64,000 nucleotides of DNA from an archaeon GW2011_AR10 (GTDB lineage Archaea > Iainarchaeota > Iainarchaeia > Iainarchaeales > GW2011-AR10), in assembly GCA_000830275.1 (NCBI GenBank), contig CP010424.1, forward strand, positions 815,311 to 879,310, read 5' to 3'. The notes under the pieces are model-generated. The model saw nothing but the letters and a program-made list of their open reading frames with translations. It was not told the DNA's origin and searched no databases. Position 1 is the first letter of the stretch. Every line of letters begins with the position of its first letter. The position numbers and the translations under genes were made by a program. Below, one piece after another: positions 37,395 through 46,720 of the stretch.

Positions 37395-37547
37395 ATGGAT
37401 TCTTTTAATCTTTCGGGACACAGGCTCACAAATGAAAAGGAACTCATGGACGGCAGAGTCAAGGCCCTCTGCGAATGTCTTGAAAGAGGTGGAAAACAGT
37501 TAGCTGATTCCTCGATGGCTTTAAACAAAAATATCTCACGAGAATGA
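37395..37547 (+). CDS. Candidate small protein gene (50 aa, MDSFNLSGHRLTNEKELMDGRVKALCECLERGGKQLADSSMALNKNISRE). Alternatively this is part of a roughly 200-nt structured RNA.
   Basis: BRE/TATA (CGAAAAG and TATTTAAA at 37343-37357) about 25 nt before a predicted TSS near 37378. GGGGAA RBS, ATG, and the stop is followed by a 9-bp-stem hairpin (37550-37576) and a pyrimidine/T-rich tract. Confidence 0.3.
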   Translation: MDSFNLSGHRLTNEKELMDGRVKALCECLERGGKQLADSSMALNKNISRE

Positions 37548-37637
37548 GGCAAGCCATCCCCTAGGCTTGCCTGCCCCTTCTCTTTCTCTCCTTCTCTTTC
37601 TCTAATGCTTTTATTTATTTCCAAGTGATATTCTGCT

Positions 37638-38159
37638 ATGCGAATTCTTCTTACTGGCACCCCGGGGGTTGGAAAAACATCCATAGCAAGAGTGCTTGCC
37701 AGGAAACTCAAATACAGGCTTATTAACGAGTACTCATTTGCAGTGGAAAATGGCATAGGCGAGTGGGATGCTGAGGAAAACGAGCTGGTTGTGCCGCTGA
37801 AAAAGCTTGAGAAACTACTAAACAAGGAATTGAAGCGCTCGGATAACGTAATAGCAGAAGGCCATTTGCTCTGTGAGATAAGGCTTAAGGTGGATGTGGC
37901 AGTGCTTTTAAGAGTGCACCCTGAACTGCTTGAGGCAAGGCTTGAAGCAAAAAACTATAAGCCTGAAAAGATCATGGACAACATTTTCTGTGAGGGAATA
38001 GACTACTGCAAAAAGCACTTGGAGCGAAACTACCCCAAAGAAAAAATTGTAGAAGTGCAGGCAAGGAAAAGTATTAAAGAAACTGCAGATACAATATTGA
38101 AGGAGATTAAGAAGATTAAGAAGAGGGGGAAGAGGGTTAAAAAGAGGGGCAAAAAATGA
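37638..38159 (+). CDS. Fap7/adenylate-kinase-6-like putative kinase (P-loop NTPase).
   Basis: MRILLTGTPGVGKTS Walker A, size 173 aa, archaeal Fap7-like. The C-terminus is K/R-rich. Confidence 0.6.
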   Translation: MRILLTGTPGVGKTSIARVLARKLKYRLINEYSFAVENGIGEWDAEENELVVPLKKLEKLLNKELKRSDNVIAEGHLLCEIRLKVDVAVLLRVHPELLEARLEAKNYKPEKIMDNIFCEGIDYCKKHLERNYPKEKIVEVQARKSIKETADTILKEIKKIKKRGKRVKKRGKK

Positions 38160-39400
38160 GGCTTTTTTTTGTAGTTTTGCTGGTGTTGCTGCTTGCAAAT
38201 GCAGCATTTGCAACAGTGTTAGAGGAAGTGCCCTTCAATACGCTAGGCCACGAGGACTTCATTATTGAGGGCACTAACCAGAGCAACTGCACCGAAATAG
38301 AGTTCTTCAACTTTTCAGACCTGAACAATGCAATAAACCCTGTTCTGTCACTGCATGTGGAGTTCCTGCCAATACAGTCCAAAGACAGCCAAGTAACAAT
38401 TTTCTTAAACAGCCAATACAAGGAGCTTGCTGAGCTGCGCGGAACTGATTTTCATGATGGGTGGGCGCGAGTAGAGGTTGACAACAACGAATTGATGGAA
38501 AAAAATATGCTTAAGGTGTGCGGCAAGACAAGCCAGGCTGTAACAGGGCTGCAAATCAAGAGCGATTCGTTGATTGGTTTCTACCTCAAACCTGATTTCA
38601 GAAAAGAGAACGCATTCACGCTTTCGGTGCCAGAAAAAAGCATAAAATTGGGGGAGGAATTCGAAGTAAAAGCAACTCTACATAACTACGGGGAGGTTGG
38701 AACCGCATTGCTGCTGAAGTACAGGAGAGAAGAACTCGAAAGGGAAACGCCTGAAACAGAGCTTGTTAGGGGAGACACAAGGCTGGATGCTTTTGTGCCA
38801 AAGTGCAGTGAACGGGATTCGAATGGAGCATGCATTTCCCCAGGGGAAATTGAATTCAGCTACTTTTTGAGGCCTGAAAAAGCAGGCCAAATTTCGCTTC
38901 TGCCCTCAATTGCAGAATACACCAACATATTCGGTGAAACAGAAGTAATCGAGTCTGACAGGCCGAACATTTTTGTTGAAGAGCCGGAAAAAAAAATCAG
39001 GGCATTCATCAGGCTTGAAAAAGGAACCTACAATGCAGGAGAATCCGCAGATTTTACCTTGATTGTTTCAAACATTTCCACTGAACCAGTGCCAAATGTC
39101 GGGGTTTTCCTGAATGCTTTTGGGCTTGAAGTTGTTCAAGGAAAACGCTCTGAAACTATCGAGTTGCTGCAGCCAAAAGAGTCAATTGAGAGAAGCTTCA
39201 AGGTTACATCTAATTCAAGCGGCAAATTTGATGTTGGATGCAAAATAACCTACCTTGAAGAAGAGCTTATTGAATCAGAATGCCTTGCAGCGCCGATTGA
39301 GTTCAAAGAGAAAAGCATTGATTTGGGCATTGTTGCAGGAGCCTTTTTGTTCATTGTAGGCGCAGCAGTTTTCATATACATAATGTCTAGAAAAGAATGA
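38156..39400 (+). CDS. Secreted surface protein with CARDB-like domains and a C-terminal TM anchor (414 aa).
   Basis: Signal peptide MRLFFVVLLVLLLANAAFA. Two CARDB-like beta-sandwich segments. C-terminal ...DLGIVAGAFLFIVGAAVFIYIMSRKE (motif, TM helix, basic tail). ATGA-coupled to the Fap7-like gene. Confidence 0.5.
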   Translation: MRLFFVVLLVLLLANAAFATVLEEVPFNTLGHEDFIIEGTNQSNCTEIEFFNFSDLNNAINPVLSLHVEFLPIQSKDSQVTIFLNSQYKELAELRGTDFHDGWARVEVDNNELMEKNMLKVCGKTSQAVTGLQIKSDSLIGFYLKPDFRKENAFTLSVPEKSIKLGEEFEVKATLHNYGEVGTALLLKYRREELERETPETELVRGDTRLDAFVPKCSERDSNGACISPGEIEFSYFLRPEKAGQISLLPSIAEYTNIFGETEVIESDRPNIFVEEPEKKIRAFIRLEKGTYNAGESADFTLIVSNISTEPVPNVGVFLNAFGLEVVQGKRSETIELLQPKESIERSFKVTSNSSGKFDVGCKITYLEEELIESECLAAPIEFKEKSIDLGIVAGAFLFIVGAAVFIYIMSRKE

Positions 39401-39447
39401 TTTAAAAAAACAAACAAAGTTTTAGCTAAATTATAAAATTATTTCTT

Positions 39448-42400
39448 CTACCCTTTGAAGTTTATTTTTTCCACCCTTAATTTCTGCTTTTCTGGCTGCC
39501 TGCTTTTCTTGTATCTAAAAAATGCCACGACTGCAATCACTCCAAGCAATGGGTAAACTGCCGAAGGAACAGAGAATTGCTCCGCATTGCTGAATGAAAG
39601 CAAGCCAGTTGCCCTGCTTGAGAGATTAATTGCCTCAACGTAGTTGCTTTGTTCTAGCTCGCTTTTTGCTTTCTCAATCAGCTGCCTTGCCTCCTCATTT
39701 GGGGGGGCAGCATTGTACTTTATGGCAGCAAAGTTGAATGCTGAAACAGAATCCTCTTTTAGTTTATCCAGGTCTCCTGCAAGCTCTTTTTCGATTCTTT
39801 CAAGCGAATTTATTGCAGTATCAAGCTCTGGTGAAAAAAAATTGGAAAGTTCCAATGCCTTAAATGGCTCCTTCTCGTTTATCGCTTCCATAAATTCTGA
39901 GATGCTACTGCTGACACTCAATAGTTGCTCTGAGTTTGCCTTCTCCTCAAGTTTTTCCAAGCGCTCAACAGTTGTTGGTGCCACGTAATTGGAAGGAATG
40001 GCTGGAGAGGAAAGTGCTGACCTTAACAAGGAAATTTTCTCTGAAACAAGCTGCTTCAGCTCTTCAAATGCAGATGTTCTCTCCAGTATTTTGTTCAGCT
40101 TTTCTTTGGCTGACTTTTCAAGCAAAGAATTGAAGTCGAAAACTTTTTCGGAAAAAGTGCTAAGAAGGGTTTCGGCAACTGAAAGCTCCTGCCTTGAAAT
40201 CGCCTCCTCTGCTTTTCTGCTCAGTTCAAGCAGTTCATCCCTTTCAGTGGAAATGCTGCCCTCATCCAATCCAACGGAAAACGCCTTGGAAAAAAAGTCG
40301 TTAGCAAGTTTTTCCAGCTTGTTCTTTTCTTCCAAAAACAGGCCGGAAATGCCGGCATAAGGTTTCTCTGCAATAACACTTCTTGCAAGAAGGAGTTCCG
40401 AAAAAGCTGCATTCAAGTCTTTTTCATTGAATAAGTTCTCTGCTTTCGACAAGTGAAGTTCTGCCTTCTGCAGTGATGATTGCATCTGCTCTGTGAAGTT
40501 CTCTTGACTAAAATCTTTTAGGAAAAGGTTTGCGAAAACTGGCTTCTGGCTGAAACCTTTTAGCCGCTCAAGTTCCCCCTTAAACTGATTCAGCTCCTGA
40601 TGCAGTTCCCTCTCAAAAACCAGAAAATCTTGGCTCTTCTGTTCAAATCCGCTTTGCTCGTTTTCCAGAGAAGCGACAAGCTGGCTTAAACCAATTATTG
40701 CTCCAATCGACTTCTCATTAACCAAATCACGGGATTCCTCCAAGCCCTCAATCTCCCCCAGCAAAAGGTCTGCTTTTGCCCTTAAACCCGGTTCATTAGA
40801 GCCATTAATCAGGGAAACCTTTTGCTTTAAAGAAGCCAGCACAGAAGTCCAGTACTGCTCATAATTGCTGACTTCCAGTGAGATGAAAAACTGCTTTGGC
40901 TGGTTTGGAGGGAGTTCATCGAAAGTAACGGAAACACTTTCATCTGAAATCACTTCAACCGGAATGCTTTTGCCTGTTGAATCAAATGCTTTAAGCCAAG
41001 CAATGTTTCTTTCCTTAATTGGAAATGGCAGAAGCACTTTTGCTTTTTTTAGCTCGAATGCAAGCTTGTTCTTAACTGAAAAAGGGAAAGTGTAATCAAA
41101 TCGGTTTTCATCAACTTTGTCCAGCTTTGGCTCATTAAACTCAACTTCTACCGGCTTCAAAACATTGAAGAAAACCCTGGCTTTCTCCTTTCCGGCAACG
41201 CTTTCAGCGAAAAACGCCAGCTTGCCGTCCAAAAAATGAAACTGCAGCTGCTTCTCGCGGAATATGACAGTAATGCTTTCCCTTTCAACTGTTAATGCTG
41301 GGTTGAATTCGCTCAGCACCAAAAGCTTTGGAATTAAAGCAGGGGCTTCAATTAATATTTCTCTTTCAAATAGCGCTTTATCTGAATCAAGGAAAAGCAG
41401 CTCATCAACATGGGTTGCTGTTGCAGGAACAGAGTTAAAGTCAACAGAGAAAACTGTTAGGCCAAGCGGCACAAAATTCAGGTCAACAATCATCACGCCG
41501 TTGCTGAGTGAAACAGACTTAACGTTTGGAGTGGCATGAGAAAAAACAGCGCTGCCAGAATCCTTGGTTTCAAACCGCAGCTGCAGCGGACCATCGAATT
41601 CTGCAAGGTTATTCCTTAAAGTGAATTTTTTTCTTGCTGAAAATGGTTCATTCGTTTTTGGAATCGAATCACTGAACAGTTCAATGCCCGCATTTTCCTG
41701 CAAGTAGTTTTGTAATGACTCCAAAAAAGTTTTTTTGGAATCCTGCCTTAGCTTGAAAGAGGATTCATTCAGCTGCTTTAGCTTGCCCAAAGCTTTCGAA
41801 AAGTTGAGTTGCGGGCCATCAAAGAAAGTTGATTCGCCTTCAAAGCGCTGCCTTAAACCAAAAAGTTCTTCAGCAGAAAAGCCATTGACTTTAGCAGTCT
41901 CCAGCAGCCCGAGGAGTTCAACAAATCGCTGGGAGGCAGAGTGGTTGGCAGCAATCGATTCAGCTTCAGGCAGTTCAGACAGGGAAGACTCAACCTTTTC
42001 TCTCAGGTTTTCACAGGAAGATAAAATGAACGGGCTTGAGGAAAAATCCAGAAACTTTAACTGGTTAAACAACGGCTGAAGCTCGGAAAAGGCATCTGAC
42101 TCAGAAGAAGAGAAAGCCCTTTCAAGGAAATCAATGCACTCTTTCACTGAATTTGCTTGCTCCAAGCGGAAAACCTCCGGGTTTCCTAGTGCGGCTTTAA
42201 GGCTGGCAAAGCTCTCAAAAACAGGCTTGCAGTTCTGGAGCTTTTCTTTGGGCCGGGTTGAAGAGTTAAACCTGTTAACCCTCAGCCTTGTAACTGAAGC
42301 AAGGTCAGAGAGCAGAAAGTTTTCCTGCTCCCCAAAAGAAATTTTGTTGAGCTGCTGTTCCACCAAACTGATTCTTGACTCGCACAAGCCGACGAGGGTT

Positions 42401-43683
42401 GAGATGGCTTCATCAGAAAAAAACTCAAGTTCTTCATGGAATTCTTTTGCCTCAAGCAGAAGCTGTTTTAGTTTAAGGGTTTTTTCGCCAAGAGAGATTT
42501 GCCCAAGCGCTTCAGCAGTTGAAAGCGCCTGAATCCTTGAGTTGAATTCAAACAGCTTTTTGAGGCCTTCCTCTTTTGCAGTTGAAATTCCTTTTATTGC
42601 ATCCTCCTGTGAAACAATTATTGTTTCCTGGCTTAGCATTGAAATCAGCTCAGCCAAGAAGTCTTCATCAAAGTCACGGTAGGAAGCTGAATCAATCAGC
42701 TCGATTTTTTCCCTGGAATCTTCCAATAGCACTGAAATTTCCTCTTCCAAGGAGTGGTTCCGCTGCATGAGCTCCTGCTTGTGCTTGTGCGTTCGGTTCA
42801 TCAAGTCAAAAAAGTAAAGCGTGGTTGAATCGCCAACTCCGACAAAACCGTTGAGAGAGTTGAGCAGCTCAAATGAGGGGAAATGCTGGAGAGCGCTGAC
42901 TGCATCGCTTAATGTCATGGAGTCAGCGAAGAAATTTGCAACTGAGCTTACCGAACTGCCTATAATCGGAACAAAGAAAGGTTTTTTTGGAACACTAGGA
43001 GAGAGTTTTTTGTCTGCAGCTTTAATTAGGTCAGCAAGAGTTGACTCCTTGAGAATGCGCTGCTCGAATCCAAGAGCTTCGGAGAATTTTTGGAATTCCG
43101 CAGCCCTGCTGAACTGCATTGAAGCAAAGCCCCCTGCGTTTTCCATTTGCGGGTTGGCTAACTGGAGGATGTTGTTGTTTAATGCAGTGAAATCATCGAA
43201 CAGTTTTTCCTCCCTTATTTTTTCAATTTCCTCTCCTTCAAGCTCTGCGCGCTCAAGGAACATCGCGTAATATGCCAAGCCATTCAAGGCGTCAACCTCT
43301 TCAAATGCTCCAACCAAGTGGTGGTTGAGTTCATTGATTTGGCGCGGCAATTCAGAGAGGCTCTGTTGGTTAGAGCAAAGGGCATAAATCTCCTTGAGGT
43401 TGTCTTTTGCGCGGGAAAAGTAAAGCCAGCTTCGCGCAACCCTGTTTTTGTACTCGTGCATTACCTGCTGCACTTCAGCCGAAAACAGATTCTCCTCTGC
43501 ATCAAAACTGCTTTCAACCAGCTCAAAGCATTTCTCCTGGCTTTTACAATAAGGTATTTCGGCGTTAGAGTAGGAAGCCAGCTCCATACAGAGAAGCCTA
43601 TCCCCAGTTGATGCTTCCTGGCTGCAGCCGAACAAAAACAGCAAAAAAACCAGGCCAGAAATCCACTTTGTCGAGGAAGCCAT
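39448..43683 (-). CDS. Giant (1411 aa) predicted lipoprotein/surface protein, largely alpha-helical, with a C-terminal TM anchor.
   Basis: N-terminal signal with lipobox-like LFGC. Long E/L/K/S-rich central region. C-terminal PLLGVIAVVAFFRYKKSRQ. All antisense ORFs in the region are low-complexity. Confidence 0.55.
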   Translation of the reverse strand: MASSTKWISGLVFLLFLFGCSQEASTGDRLLCMELASYSNAEIPYCKSQEKCFELVESSFDAEENLFSAEVQQVMHEYKNRVARSWLYFSRAKDNLKEIYALCSNQQSLSELPRQINELNHHLVGAFEEVDALNGLAYYAMFLERAELEGEEIEKIREEKLFDDFTALNNNILQLANPQMENAGGFASMQFSRAAEFQKFSEALGFEQRILKESTLADLIKAADKKLSPSVPKKPFFVPIIGSSVSSVANFFADSMTLSDAVSALQHFPSFELLNSLNGFVGVGDSTTLYFFDLMNRTHKHKQELMQRNHSLEEEISVLLEDSREKIELIDSASYRDFDEDFLAELISMLSQETIIVSQEDAIKGISTAKEEGLKKLFEFNSRIQALSTAEALGQISLGEKTLKLKQLLLEAKEFHEELEFFSDEAISTLVGLCESRISLVEQQLNKISFGEQENFLLSDLASVTRLRVNRFNSSTRPKEKLQNCKPVFESFASLKAALGNPEVFRLEQANSVKECIDFLERAFSSSESDAFSELQPLFNQLKFLDFSSSPFILSSCENLREKVESSLSELPEAESIAANHSASQRFVELLGLLETAKVNGFSAEELFGLRQRFEGESTFFDGPQLNFSKALGKLKQLNESSFKLRQDSKKTFLESLQNYLQENAGIELFSDSIPKTNEPFSARKKFTLRNNLAEFDGPLQLRFETKDSGSAVFSHATPNVKSVSLSNGVMIVDLNFVPLGLTVFSVDFNSVPATATHVDELLFLDSDKALFEREILIEAPALIPKLLVLSEFNPALTVERESITVIFREKQLQFHFLDGKLAFFAESVAGKEKARVFFNVLKPVEVEFNEPKLDKVDENRFDYTFPFSVKNKLAFELKKAKVLLPFPIKERNIAWLKAFDSTGKSIPVEVISDESVSVTFDELPPNQPKQFFISLEVSNYEQYWTSVLASLKQKVSLINGSNEPGLRAKADLLLGEIEGLEESRDLVNEKSIGAIIGLSQLVASLENEQSGFEQKSQDFLVFERELHQELNQFKGELERLKGFSQKPVFANLFLKDFSQENFTEQMQSSLQKAELHLSKAENLFNEKDLNAAFSELLLARSVIAEKPYAGISGLFLEEKNKLEKLANDFFSKAFSVGLDEGSISTERDELLELSRKAEEAISRQELSVAETLLSTFSEKVFDFNSLLEKSAKEKLNKILERTSAFEELKQLVSEKISLLRSALSSPAIPSNYVAPTTVERLEKLEEKANSEQLLSVSSSISEFMEAINEKEPFKALELSNFFSPELDTAINSLERIEKELAGDLDKLKEDSVSAFNFAAIKYNAAPPNEEARQLIEKAKSELEQSNYVEAINLSSRATGLLSFSNAEQFSVPSAVYPLLGVIAVVAFFRYKKSRQPEKQKLRVEKINFKG

Positions 43684-43736
43684 TAATAACTAATTGACGA
43701 AAACAATTAAAAAGATTTTCGACAATTGACGAAGAA

Positions 43737-43859
43737 CTATTTTTTGGCTTTTTTGCCTGTCTGCTGCCCAACTAACTGGCTTAAGCGGAAAAGAATCAGT
43801 ATTTCCAGCGCCAGCGTAACAATCTGCGCAAGCAAAATAATGAACTCATAAGATGCCAT
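43737..43859 (-). CDS. Small hydrophobic ORF (40 aa, MASYEFIILLAQIVTLALEILILFRLSQLVGQQTGKKAKK) upstream of the 1411-aa gene.
   Basis: ATG with GGAGGGAAG 6 nt upstream; one TM helix plus a basic tail. Absent from the track because it is under 60 aa. Confidence 0.3.
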   Translation of the reverse strand: MASYEFIILLAQIVTLALEILILFRLSQLVGQQTGKKAKK

Positions 43860-43913
43860 GACTTCCCTCCAACGCTTAACAGTAAGGCCAAAGAGGTATT
43901 TAAGTGTTATTGC

Positions 43914-44534
43914 TTAGGGCGATTGCAATCCAAGCAGTTCTTTTACGCGCTCTTTTTCAAGCGAAAGTTCGAGGCTGTTTACTTCGCCTCGTTTGTTTTT
44001 TACTTTTTTGAAGAAGCGCTCAACCAAGCTCACATAAGGTGGATAAGTGCCGCTTCTAACTGAAACATCAAGGTTTACTTTCATGCCTTCCCTTATTGCC
44101 TTGCGGTTCCTGAAAATGAACTCAGACAACAGGAATTCAGCTGGAGGAATGCCTCCAAGCTTTTTCTTGAAATCATTGCTCTTGCTTTCCTCAAGCACTG
44201 CACTCCATACAAACTCATCTCTTTCATGGTGCTTTAAGTAAGCCGTCCGCTCCATTTGAATTGAAATGCCGACAGTGTTGCCGTAGCGGATATGCTTTAA
44301 GGCAAACCTTGGCTCAAGCGTTTTTCCGGTTCGCTCAAATAGTACGAGGTGAGGTGCAGGCACTACGCCTTCCGGCATATAATTGCTTACATTTATGAAA
44401 CTGTCACCGTAAACCCATTGATTGAATGAACGGAACATGAAATTTTCAGGGGAACGCCTTACCTCAAAAAAAGGTTTTCTCTTAGCCGGTTTTTTTTTAC
44501 GTTTGGGGTTTCTCCTTGGGAGCCTTCCACGCAT
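43914..44534 (-). CDS. Hypothetical basic protein (206 aa) with an Arg/Lys-rich N-terminus; possibly nucleic-acid binding.
   Basis: ATG start. RGRLPRRNPKRKKKPAKRKP N-terminus. No confident family assignment. Confidence 0.45.
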   Translation of the reverse strand: MRGRLPRRNPKRKKKPAKRKPFFEVRRSPENFMFRSFNQWVYGDSFINVSNYMPEGVVPAPHLVLFERTGKTLEPRFALKHIRYGNTVGISIQMERTAYLKHHERDEFVWSAVLEESKSNDFKKKLGGIPPAEFLLSEFIFRNRKAIREGMKVNLDVSVRSGTYPPYVSLVERFFKKVKNKRGEVNSLELSLEKERVKELLGLQSP

Positions 44535-44593
44535 GTAAATAAGAAACTGGATGGGAATTTAAAACTTTATTGGACTGGACTGAAAACAGCAAA

Positions 44594-44866
44594 TTATTCC
44601 GGCAATTCGCATGTTTCAGGGTCTATGTTCAGCTGCTGGAGGCAGGAATAGTATAAGTCGGCTTGCGCGTCAAGGGAGTAGTTCTTTTCCTGCAGGGAAT
44701 TGAAGTCAGAGAACAGGGAAGCGTTAAGCGTCGGGTCAACCACTTGGTTTGTTACAATCACACCGAGAATAAACCCTGCGAGGAAAATAATTGCGATAAT
44801 CGCGCGCTGCTTGGTCCAAAAGCCCTTTCTCTTCGAGCGCTTCGGTGCACTGTCTTCATCAGCCAT
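44594..44866 (-). CDS. Small membrane protein (90 aa, single TM).
   Basis: ATG start. Basic N-terminus, then TM helix IIAIIFLAGFILGVIV. Confidence 0.4.
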   Translation of the reverse strand: MADEDSAPKRSKRKGFWTKQRAIIAIIFLAGFILGVIVTNQVVDPTLNASLFSDFNSLQEKNYSLDAQADLYYSCLQQLNIDPETCELPE

Positions 44867-44923
44867 TGCAGAAGAAATAAGTCAAAGGAAGTATTTTAAG
44901 TTTTCTAAGACCAAACCGAATAA

Positions 44924-45970
44924 TCAAGCGGAATTGAAAACAATTTTTGTGGATTTTCCTTCAAGGTCGGGCCTTACAAGCAGAACAATTCGTCCAAGCA
45001 CTGATTCATTGCTGTACTTGTAGCCTGAGGCTTCAGCAATTTTTTCAGCGAACGCCTTCACTTCTGGGTGCAACAGCATGTTCTCCCTGTTCAAGCGCTG
45101 CCTGCTCATTCCGATGTGCATGTAAGATTTTATTTCAAGGAACTCTGGGTTGGCTTTCCTGATAATTTTTGCCCAGTCGGCAGCCATCTCAGGCATATCG
45201 TTAAGGCCCCTGATTATAGTGAACCTTATTACCCTTCGCACTTTGAGTTTTCCGATTACTTCAAGCGATTTGTTCAGCCTTTCCCACCCATCCTTGAAAA
45301 CGCTTCTATTGATTTTCTTGAAGAGCGCTTCGTTCGGCGCATCCAAGGAAACGTAAAGCTGTGTTGGGAGAAAATCCTCGTTGGAAGCCATTTTCTCGAA
45401 AACCTGCGGGAGCTGCGCATTCGTAACCAAAAAAACGGATTTTGTATCGGGCAAGCGCTTGATTTCCACAATAAGCTCACAGATTTTTGGGTACATTGTG
45501 GGTTCGCCACTTAGGGAAACTGCCCAGTGGCTTGGAAGCTGCGCTTCCTTGAACTTTTGTTCGTGCAACCCGGGCAAGCCGCCGAAACCGCTTAACAGTT
45601 TCTTCCTTGATTTGATGACTCCGTCAATTATGTCCCTTGGCTCGTCAACAATTTTGTTGTCAAGGTTGACGTCCTTCATGAACTCCATTGGGCGCCAGCA
45701 GAAAACACAGTTCTCGTTGCACCACATTGCAGCAGGGGACATCTGCGCGCACCTGTGGCAGTCAATGCCGTAGAATTTCTCCTTATAGCAGGGCTCTGCG
45801 CCTTTAAAGGTTTTCTTGTTGTAAGTGCAGACCTGCACAGCAGAATGGTTCCCTACAACAGCGTACTTTTTCGCGTGGAGCTGCTTAACCACATAATCAG
45901 GGAGCTTTGCAATTTCCTTTGAAGCAATTTCTGCTTGCCCTTTATCTGTAACTGCAACCTGCCCCTTCAT
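44924..45970 (-). CDS. taw1: tRNA 4-demethylwyosine synthase Taw1/TYW1 (radical SAM).
   Basis: Radical-SAM CxxxCxxC (CNENCVFCWRP) plus an upstream auxiliary Cys (CHRC). N-terminal HAKKYAVVGNHSAVQVC matches TYW1. Start moved to the ATG (MKGQVAV). Confidence 0.75.
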   Translation of the reverse strand: MKGQVAVTDKGQAEIASKEIAKLPDYVVKQLHAKKYAVVGNHSAVQVCTYNKKTFKGAEPCYKEKFYGIDCHRCAQMSPAAMWCNENCVFCWRPMEFMKDVNLDNKIVDEPRDIIDGVIKSRKKLLSGFGGLPGLHEQKFKEAQLPSHWAVSLSGEPTMYPKICELIVEIKRLPDTKSVFLVTNAQLPQVFEKMASNEDFLPTQLYVSLDAPNEALFKKINRSVFKDGWERLNKSLEVIGKLKVRRVIRFTIIRGLNDMPEMAADWAKIIRKANPEFLEIKSYMHIGMSRQRLNRENMLLHPEVKAFAEKIAEASGYKYSNESVLGRIVLLVRPDLEGKSTKIVFNSA

Positions 45971-46028
45971 GCTTAAGACTACATAACGAAAATGGTTTAA
46001 AATTCTATGCACATGGCAAACAGCTTTG

Positions 46029-46290
46029 ATTTTTGAGCATTAATTCTGTTTGCTAAATGCAAAATGCAATTTTTTTAGCAAAAGACATTAGTTTTGGTAA
46101 TTTCTTAATGTCTTTTGCGACTATAGCAAACAGCCAATATTTTTGAACTTTATACTGCTGTTTGCTAGATGCAAAACGCAGTTTCAATGTTCAATTACTT
46201 AAGCGTTTTGCTATAGCGAATGACTTGTTTTCTACCATTATTAAAGTCATTCGCTATTTGTTCAAATACATAAGCGTTTTGCTATATATT
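46029..46290. repeat. Repeat-dense intergenic region. Two copies of an about 45-nt direct repeat (46029-46075 and 46138-46185). At least six TTTGCTA/TAGCAAA motifs in both orientations. An 11-bp inverted repeat AGCGAATGACT/AGTCATTCGCT (46214-46258). AAGCGTTTTGCTATA occurs twice.
   Basis: Read directly. Lies between the divergent taw1 and the PRC-barrel gene. Confidence 0.5.
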
Positions 46291-46403
46291 ATACAAAACT
46301 TGCAGGGGCAGAAAGGAAAAAACTTAAAAAAGCCTTATGTAGACTTAGTTTTTTGGATAAATTTATAAACAAGTAAGTCTTTTATTATACAGGGGTTATT
46401 GAA

Positions 46404-46673
46404 ATGTACAAGTATACTATTGCAAGACAGCTGGCAACTAAAAGAGTCATAACCAACAGGGGCGACGAAGTGGGAAAGCTAACTGACCTCTTGGTTGAGG
46501 AAACAAATGGCGACATTGAAGCGCTTTTGGTGGAAGTTGACCGCGACAGCAAGTTGGCAAGAAGAATAGATTCAAAGGACAGGATTATTCGCATACCTTA
46601 CTCTGCTGTTACTGCTGTCAGTGACGTCTTCATCGTGGACGAACGAGAGTTAGGAACTATAACCACAGAGTAA
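46404..46673 (+). CDS. PRC-barrel domain protein.
   Basis: 89 aa. ...VITNRGDEVGKLTDLLVEETNGDIEALLVEV...IPYSAVTAVSDVFIVD, a typical PRC-barrel. Confidence 0.5.
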   Translation: MYKYTIARQLATKRVITNRGDEVGKLTDLLVEETNGDIEALLVEVDRDSKLARRIDSKDRIIRIPYSAVTAVSDVFIVDERELGTITTE

Positions 46674-46720
46674 ACAAACAGTTGGACATCCAAAAAATGG
46701 CCCTCTGTTATGTTTAATTT

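Noticed and set aside
37376-37825. Minus-strand 149-aa ORF spanning the long intergenic region into fap7.
   Set aside because: Low-complexity S/F-rich translation, overlaps the fap7 start on the opposite strand, and runs antisense to a promoter and terminator framed unit. Judged spurious.
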